This document shows positions 58,380 through 64,000 of a stretch of 64,000 bases of DNA, in pieces. The first letter of the stretch is position 1. Each line of letters opens with the position of its first letter. Position numbers and translations under genes: made by a program. A model generated the notes under the pieces. That model made no database searches. It was not told the DNA's origin and saw nothing but the letters and a program-made list of their open reading frames with translations. This stretch comes from Candidatus Micrarchaeota archaeon (GTDB lineage Archaea > Micrarchaeota > Micrarchaeia > Anstonellales > Bilamarchaeaceae): the NCBI GenBank assembly GCA_964552755.1, contig CAZKHX010000001.1:84517-148516 (forward strand), given 5' to 3'.

Positions 58380-59423
58380 ATGAATGTGAAAAACAAAGGA
58401 ATGATTCAAAGCAACAAGGATGCCCATGCAGGGCCTACTGGGACGGGCAAGGTTTTCCAGAAGCGGCAAACGCTGGCCGAAAGCCCGCGCAGGTTTGAAA
58501 TAGAGGTTAAGCTCCGCAGGTCGGCGCCCCAATCCGAGAAAGAAGTTGCCGATGCGGTGTTGCTGTCCAGGTTCAGACAACTGAAAACCTCCGGCGGAGA
58601 TGAAGGCAAGGAACAATCCGATGCCATGAATGGCCTGGAGGACCTGGTTTTTGCCCTTTTCCAGGGGGCCCTTGAGGCAATAGAGCCCATTTGTGTCTTG
58701 CATGATAAACTCCTTGAGACCATATCGCGCACCTGTTCCATCCAGCGGGATCCATCGGCCGGAACGTTCAGCAGCCTCTTCACGGAAATGGCCTGGTCGA
58801 AAAAGGCCCTGCTCGACCCGGCGGAGCCCCAGCTCCTGGGTTTCCGCCTGCAGCTGGAAGGAATAACCGGGGAGCCAACCGAGCAGCAGGTCGCTTCGAT
58901 GCGGCAGGAGGCAATCGTTCCGCGTACCCGCGGAGTAGCCATGGGGACCAGGCCTTGGCTAATTGAAATACCGGAGTGGTGGCCGACCGAGGGGAGAATT
59001 CTGGCAATAGAGAGGGACATCCCGAAGATTGAGGAGGAAGTCTCCCCGATTGTCAGGCTAGCCGGGGAAGAAATGAGGCGCAGGCGCATGGACATAGAGC
59101 TTGGCATGGACATTAGAAGTGAACTTGCAGCCCGCATGGAGGCGGTGGTCAGGCTGGCCGGGAAGGAAATGAGGCGCATGGACGTTGGAAGTGAACTTGC
59201 AGCCCGCATAGAGAGGGTGAAAAGGGCCCATGGCGGCTTTTTGGATACCGTGGATACGCTCAATGAGTGGGAGGCGAACGACCCGGTAAAACAGTGGGAG
59301 CGCGGGCATCCGGAACTGGCGCAAAAGCTGGCAGAGAAAATCTCCATTGGGGGATTTGTGGGGGATTTGAGTGGAAAAAACAGGAAAGAGATTCGTAAGG
59401 GGCGGAACTGCGGGCTGCACTGA
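58380..59423 (+). CDS. Hypothetical protein with internal repeat; possibly frameshifted at the 3' end
   Basis: GAGGTGA Shine-Dalgarno; duplicated VRLAGxEMRR...SELAAR. An alternative frame continues to 59530. Confidence 0.7.
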   Translation: MNVKNKGMIQSNKDAHAGPTGTGKVFQKRQTLAESPRRFEIEVKLRRSAPQSEKEVADAVLLSRFRQLKTSGGDEGKEQSDAMNGLEDLVFALFQGALEAIEPICVLHDKLLETISRTCSIQRDPSAGTFSSLFTEMAWSKKALLDPAEPQLLGFRLQLEGITGEPTEQQVASMRQEAIVPRTRGVAMGTRPWLIEIPEWWPTEGRILAIERDIPKIEEEVSPIVRLAGEEMRRRRMDIELGMDIRSELAARMEAVVRLAGKEMRRMDVGSELAARIERVKRAHGGFLDTVDTLNEWEANDPVKQWERGHPELAQKLAEKISIGGFVGDLSGKNRKEIRKGRNCGLH

Positions 59424-59526
59424 AAAAGGCGGACTTTGCGCTGCAGCTCAAAAAGGAAAACACTATCCGCGTTTTGCGGGAGCAAGGCGGCAAAACATTT
59501 GACGAAGTTCTCGCCTGGCGGCTCAA

Positions 59527-60276
59527 CTAATAAGGATACTTGCAGTGGTCCCAGATGAACTGGAAGAACTTCCTGTAGCCGTCCGCAATCCTCCTACTCA
59601 CCATCACGAACTGTATGGGCTCCTCGTGCAGGTGCCCCGGAGAAACCCCCCCAAACGTAACCACGTAATCCCCAAAGATGTCCACCGCCACCTGAGACGA
59701 GTACTTCTTGGGCATGAACTTGTACGGCTTCCCCACCACTTTGAGTATCTCCGGCTTCTTCTCCCTCACCTCATAATCAAAAAGGTGCATGAACTTAATC
59801 CCCTTCCTCTTCCTCTGCTCCTCGAATTTCGGCAGGTAGTGCTGCAGCCGCGGGTCCAGCCAGAACGCCTTCGCGCCGATGAAGCGCACGGTCTCCCCCA
59901 CGTCCAGTATGTCCTGCAGGTAGTTCTTGAACCCCTCCGTGCCCTTGTAGATGTACGCGCGCTCCTCGGCCTCCTCCTTCCTGAACCTGCTTTCCAGCTC
60001 CGGCATCGCCTTCTTCAGCTTCTCCTCCTTCTCGGCGAGCATGCCCAGCAGCCGCGTGGGGCTGGTTGCGCTGTAATGCTTCTTCCCGGAAATCAGCACC
60101 TCGGAAACCAGCCCCTTCTCCAGCAGCTTCGCAAGCGAATCGTAGACGTTCCTCCTGTGCACCTTTGATTTAGCCGCAATCTCCTCTATGGGCGCCTCCT
60201 TCAGCCTGAGCAGCGTCTCGTACACCTTGGACTCATTTATGCTCAGCCCGGCCTCCCTAAGCACGTCCTCATACAT
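59527..60276 (-). CDS. TrmB-family transcriptional regulator
   Basis: GLSINESKVYETLL wHTH, GKKHYSATSP and YIYKGTEG motifs with a C-terminal effector domain. Confidence 0.88.
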   Translation of the reverse strand: MYEDVLREAGLSINESKVYETLLRLKEAPIEEIAAKSKVHRRNVYDSLAKLLEKGLVSEVLISGKKHYSATSPTRLLGMLAEKEEKLKKAMPELESRFRKEEAEERAYIYKGTEGFKNYLQDILDVGETVRFIGAKAFWLDPRLQHYLPKFEEQRKRKGIKFMHLFDYEVREKKPEILKVVGKPYKFMPKKYSSQVAVDIFGDYVVTFGGVSPGHLHEEPIQFVMVSRRIADGYRKFFQFIWDHCKYPY

Positions 60277-60293
60277 TTTGCATCCTTTCCTTT

Positions 60294-60315
60294 TGTGGTG
60301 ACATATATCACCACA
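60294..60315. promoter_or_regulatory. Palindromic operator upstream of the TrmB-like gene
   Basis: TGTGGTGA-CATATA-TCACCACA between ATTTAAAT (60319-60326) and the start at 60276. Confidence 0.65.
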
Positions 60316-60393
60316 TCAATTTAAATACCACCGTGTCGTAGTAAGTATCAGAAAGCGGTTCGGCACAGGGCCGCGCCGCAAATGTGATGCAAA

Positions 60394-61086
60394 ATGAACA
60401 AAACAAAACAGCCTAGCGGAAGCCCGGAAAGGGTCCTCTCAAAAGCAAGGGCGGCCTGCGGAGAGGCATTCAGGCTCATCTGTTCTGATGACGCAAGGAG
60501 GGAAGGCTTCTTTCGGGAAGCCAGACCGCTTGTGGAAGCGTTTCCTTACCTAAGTAAAATTAAGGAAGCCAGCACGAAGACGGATGCTAAGGCATACCTC
60601 TTGCCACAGGGCGGATTGAACAAACGTTCCAGATTTTTATCGCGCCCCCAGCTGAATAATCTATTGATGCATAATGAGCCCTTTTCCGTACGTGCCACGA
60701 TATACTATTATGAAACTCTTGGAGAAGGTTTACAGCTGGATTCTATAGTTTTGATTGGAATACAGTCTAAAGGCGAACAACGCATTGACTCGTATTGGAC
60801 AAGCATCGATTTCGGAACCTGGCTGGCAGGATGTTTCTATGGCAATTCCTACTTTATTGGCTGGACAGGCGATTTTATGTTTTTCGACCCTTTCGACCTG
60901 GCGGGCTATTCTCCTCAAAGCCGTACTCCGAAACATGTGCCGCTGCCGGAATTGCCCTTGCAAGAATCATACGGCCAGCTTGTAAGCGCGTATCCTGAGA
61001 ATGACTATGAAATTCCCCGGATTGCACTGAACCTGCTGGCGGAGTTCGAGGCAATGCTCGGCGGACCTGTGGCACAAAAAGGATAA
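60394..61086 (+). CDS. Hypothetical protein (lower GC)
   Basis: Clean ORF with aromatic-rich beta segments; no recognised family. Confidence 0.7.
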   Translation: MNKTKQPSGSPERVLSKARAACGEAFRLICSDDARREGFFREARPLVEAFPYLSKIKEASTKTDAKAYLLPQGGLNKRSRFLSRPQLNNLLMHNEPFSVRATIYYYETLGEGLQLDSIVLIGIQSKGEQRIDSYWTSIDFGTWLAGCFYGNSYFIGWTGDFMFFDPFDLAGYSPQSRTPKHVPLPELPLQESYGQLVSAYPENDYEIPRIALNLLAEFEAMLGGPVAQKG

Positions 61087-61104
61087 AAAGGAGGTGGGCA
61101 TAAT

Positions 61105-61935
61105 ATGCATGGTGTGGGCAAGATGAAAAGAGCAAATGTAACTCCTGCAGAGAAACCGCTCCCCAAGCAGGGCCGATTCATACGGGCCATGCGAGCAGTG
61201 AAAAGATACGCAAAGGAGTTCGGGCCGCGCGCGGTGCTGGCAAGCGCACTGATTGGGACCCTGGCGCTCTCCGGCATCCCGTCCAAAGCCCGCGCAGAAA
61301 AGCCGCAGGAGCAGCCCGGCAAGGCGCATGCAGAAGAGCCGAAGCAGCCCGAGAAAAGCCTCAGCGCAAGGGTGCTCGGCGGCTCCTACGACAAGGGCCA
61401 GACGCCCTTCGGCGGCTTCGGCGCCTCCGGCCACCTCGGCTTCGGGCACGTGAAAGTGGACACGATGTTTGACGTAATCTTCCCCAAATTCAACAGCTCA
61501 GAGCTGGACACGGCAGAGCTGGACATAACGTTCCCCATAAACAGGTATTTCGCGTTCACGCCCTTCATATATACCTCCCATTATTACGGGCAGGTCCCGG
61601 TGGGCACAGGAATCGCGTTCCACATACCCGCTCTCAACCTGCACGTGGCGCCCCACTGGTGCAGCGGGAGCAACGTGGTGCCGATGCCCATATTCTGGAC
61701 GCCCAGCATAGGCGGCGGGAGGCTGAACTTCATGGTAAAAATAATCCCGGTGCTGAACCACGCGGCCCTGCCCAAGCCCGCGCCCTTCCTCGGAGGCGAA
61801 GTAAAGATGTCCGTGAAAGTGCACGAGGGAATCCGCGTCTACGGGAAGGTATGGGAGATGCTGGCCAGGGACGGGAGCGGCAAGGTGTTCGTCGGCGGGG
61901 CAAACGCCCAGGCAGGCCTGGAATTAACGTATTGA
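61105..61935 (+). CDS. Secreted beta-rich protein resembling an outer-membrane beta-barrel
   Basis: AGGAGGTG Shine-Dalgarno; long basic signal peptide with ARA cleavage site; alternating amphipathic strands; terminal AQAGLELTY. Confidence 0.7.
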   Translation: MHGVGKMKRANVTPAEKPLPKQGRFIRAMRAVKRYAKEFGPRAVLASALIGTLALSGIPSKARAEKPQEQPGKAHAEEPKQPEKSLSARVLGGSYDKGQTPFGGFGASGHLGFGHVKVDTMFDVIFPKFNSSELDTAELDITFPINRYFAFTPFIYTSHYYGQVPVGTGIAFHIPALNLHVAPHWCSGSNVVPMPIFWTPSIGGGRLNFMVKIIPVLNHAALPKPAPFLGGEVKMSVKVHEGIRVYGKVWEMLARDGSGKVFVGGANAQAGLELTY

Positions 61936-61948
61936 TATCATTTTATAA

Positions 61949-61966
61949 ATGGTATTATTATACCAT
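61949..61966. promoter_or_regulatory. Palindromic operator of the MNT-HEPN operon
   Basis: ATGGTAT-TATT-ATACCAT directly downstream of TATA TTTTATAAA (61941-61949). Confidence 0.65.
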
Positions 61967-61973
61967 AAATAGT

Positions 61974-62534
61974 ATGATTACAGAATGGAACAAGTACAAG
62001 GGCTGGAGCGTCCTGGAACATTTCCTCCTGAACCCGGGCGTGCGCATCCACATAAACGAATTGAGCAGGCGGCTGAAGATAGGCCTCCAGACCGCGCAGA
62101 GGTTCTGCAAGGCTTACTACGAAGAAGGATTATTAGAAATGGAAAAGATAGGCAACGTCCACCAGTTCCGCCTCAACCAGAAAGACGCAAGAATAGCTGC
62201 CCTGAAGAAATTCATGGGCCCGTACCTGGTCGCAGACAGCAAATACCTGAAGCCCTTCCTGGAGAAGAACAAGAATATACTGTCTGTTTCAATATACGGC
62301 AGCTTCGCGACCGGGGAATACGGTGCAAAAAGCGACCTCGACATCCTCATAATCACGGCGGATGAAAAGAGGCCGGACACCGGAAACCTGGCTGGCATAG
62401 AATTAAAACTGGGGAGAGAAGTTGGAATAACCGCACTGAGCATCGCAAAGTGGAGGGAAATGGAAAGAAAAAAGGATTCATTCTGCCTCGCCATTAAGCG
62501 CAAGAGCCTGCTGGTGTGGGGAACCCCGATATGA
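61974..62534 (+). CDS. wHTH-fused minimal nucleotidyltransferase (MNT antitoxin)
   Basis: IHINELSRRLKIGLQTAQR HTH and GSFATGEYGAKSDLD (GS-x10-DxD). Confidence 0.9.
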   Translation: MITEWNKYKGWSVLEHFLLNPGVRIHINELSRRLKIGLQTAQRFCKAYYEEGLLEMEKIGNVHQFRLNQKDARIAALKKFMGPYLVADSKYLKPFLEKNKNILSVSIYGSFATGEYGAKSDLDILIITADEKRPDTGNLAGIELKLGREVGITALSIAKWREMERKKDSFCLAIKRKSLLVWGTPI

Positions 62535-62947
62535 GCTATGAGGAATGCTTCGAAAGAGGGCAGTTGCGCAGGGCGCACATAGGAAAGGAAGAGCTCCGCG
62601 GCCAATTGAAAATCGCAGCAGATTACTCGAAGAAAGCCGAAATAGTCCTCGGCAAGGAAACGTACGACATCTCCTTCCTTACTTCATACATCAGCATGTT
62701 CCATTCCGCCCGCGCATTATTGTATAAAAAGGGCTACAAAGAAAGAAGCCACTTCTGCCTCTTCGAGTTCGTCCTAAATGAATTCAAGAACAACAAGGAA
62801 CTGGCGCGGCTTGCGGAAATAGGGCACAATTACCGCGAAATGAGGCGAATGATACAGTATGAGGGCTCCCTCTGCTCGGAAGCCGCGGCAAGGGAGGCAA
62901 TCGCAGACGCGAGGGAGTTCCTGAAAGCGGCAGAGAAGCTCGTCTGA
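62531..62947 (+). CDS. HEPN domain protein
   Basis: SYISMFHSARALL, RSH and R-x4-Y (RRMIQY) motifs; overlaps MNT by ATGA. Confidence 0.88.
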   Translation: MSYEECFERGQLRRAHIGKEELRGQLKIAADYSKKAEIVLGKETYDISFLTSYISMFHSARALLYKKGYKERSHFCLFEFVLNEFKNNKELARLAEIGHNYREMRRMIQYEGSLCSEAAAREAIADAREFLKAAEKLV

Positions 62948-63038
62948 GCCCCCTCGTGGGCACGGGAGATGCCTTTTTAAAACATTCCGTCTCACAAAAT
63001 ACACTTACAGTAGATTTTCTACTTCATTCGGTGAGTGA

Positions 63039-63467
63039 ATGGGTAATGGTGAATTTGCAGGAAGGAACAGGAAGAGGAAGCGAAGCCGCGGCAGGTGGCT
63101 CTCCAAAAGGTGGAAGAGGCGCCGCCTCAAGCTGAAGGAGAAGTACGACCCCCTGGAGGGCGCGCCGCAGGCAAGCGGCATCGTACTCGAAAAGTTCACG
63201 CTTGAGCAGAAGCAGCCCCACTCGGGGCTCATCAAGTGCGTGAAGGTCCAGCTCGTGAAGAACGGCAGGGTCGTCGGCGCGTTCCCGCCCAGGGACAAGG
63301 CCATCACCCACATAGACGAGCACGACACGGTGGTCATAGCCGGGCTCGGCGGCTCGCAGCGCGGGCAGGTCGGCTCAATCCCCGGAATTAGATATAAAGT
63401 GGTAAGCGTGAACGGAGCTGACATACAGTCCCTCAGGAGGGGCAAGAAAGAGAAGCCCAAGAGGTAG
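63039..63467 (+). CDS. rps12: 30S ribosomal protein S12 (uS12)
   Basis: [19 protein letters not shown]-like [11 protein letters not shown] and KKEKP motifs. Confidence 0.96.
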   Translation: MGNGEFAGRNRKRKRSRGRWLSKRWKRRRLKLKEKYDPLEGAPQASGIVLEKFTLEQKQPHSGLIKCVKVQLVKNGRVVGAFPPRDKAITHIDEHDTVVIAGLGGSQRGQVGSIPGIRYKVVSVNGADIQSLRRGKKEKPKR

Positions 63468-63472
63468 AGCCC

Positions 63473-64000
63473 ATGAAGGTTTTCGGAAAATACGACCTGG
63501 AAAGCGTTGAAATCAGGGACCCCAGCCTCAGGACGGTAATCTCGCTGGAGAACTCACGCGTGCACTCTTTCGGCAGGCACTCCAAGAGGCCGCTCGGCAA
63601 GATGAACATCAACGTGGTCGAGCGCCTCGTGAACAAGCTCATGAGGGGAGGCACCGGTGAAAAGACCTCCGGAAAGGTCATCCGCACCCGCGGGAGGCTG
63701 CAGGGCAAGAAGCTCCGCGTGATGAAGTCTGTGGAAGAGGCCTTTGAAATCATAGAGAAGCGCACGAAAAAGAACCCGGTGCAGGTCCTCGTTGACGCAC
63801 TGGAAAATTCCGCGCCCCGCGAAGACGTCACCCGCGTTGCTTACGGAGGCGTAAGCTACCAGATTGCAGTTGACGTTTCCGCAACCAGGAGAATTGACCT
63901 TGCGCTGCGCAACATGGCCCTTTCAGCCCTGATGCGCACCTTCAACAAGCCGACCTCGCTCGGCCAGTCGCTTGCGCAGGAAATCATCTATACTGCGGAC
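63473..64000 (+). CDS. rps7: 30S ribosomal protein S7 (uS7), 3'-partial
   Basis: Manual translation MKVFGKYDLESVEIRD...VERLVNKLMRGG...NPVQVLVDALENSAPREDVTRVAYGGVSY. Runs off the window. Confidence 0.95.
   Translation, partial: MKVFGKYDLESVEIRDPSLRTVISLENSRVHSFGRHSKRPLGKMNINVVERLVNKLMRGGTGEKTSGKVIRTRGRLQGKKLRVMKSVEEAFEIIEKRTKKNPVQVLVDALENSAPREDVTRVAYGGVSYQIAVDVSATRRIDLALRNMALSALMRTFNKPTSLGQSLAQEIIYTAD

Noticed and set aside
59348-59369. 11-bp tandem duplication TGGGGGATTTG as the cause of the frameshift
   Set aside because: Removing one copy leads to a TAA at 59396, so it does not restore the long C-terminus; the G-run explanation fits better.
58406-59485. 359-aa minus-strand ORF overlapping the orphan at 58380
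   Set aside because: It is Ser-rich mirror sequence with no Shine-Dalgarno or promoter; the plus-strand ORF has a GAGGTGA Shine-Dalgarno and normal composition.
60361-60370. CGGCACAGGG shared between the rpo leader (49819-49828) and the 60394 upstream region
   Set aside because: A single 10-mer match in 64 kb of GC-rich DNA is compatible with chance.

Overview
This is a GC-rich archaeal chromosomal segment. Archaeal identity rests on GatD, split Rpo2N/Rpo2C and Rpo1N/Rpo1C, aRF1, Dph5/Dph6, Bud32, a BHB-intron tRNA and TATA-type promoters. The compact gene layout and many orphan genes suggest a DPANN lineage such as Micrarchaeota, but that is inference only. Most of the window is housekeeping: gatD, RPA, cdc48, SRP RNA, rpiA, tRNA-Leu, glmS, mtnA, the RNA polymerase operon and rps12/rps7. 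The most striking signal is at 1-7.1 kb: three tandem bacterial-type sigma-70 family genes, two with visible archaeal TATA promoters. The first is a giant protein (>1570 aa) whose sigma module sits among at least 12 copies of an unrecognised ~70-aa helical repeat, and that repeat also occurs in the third paralog. Other notable observations: (1) an SRP RNA that appears to lack helix 6; (2) tRNA-derived and duplicated hairpin sequences flanking tRNA-Leu; (3) an operon of large orphan proteins; (4) three beta-carbonic-anhydrase-fold genes, one apparently catalytically dead; (5) an AT-rich acyltransferase bracketed by a 26-bp duplicated promoter; (6) a ~5-kb accessory block splitting the conserved nusA-rps12 junction, containing a signal-peptide protein that looks like an outer-membrane beta-barrel, an MNT-HEPN pair and several palindromic operators. 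No CRISPR array, rRNA or transposase was seen. All family calls come from manual motif recognition; no database search was run.
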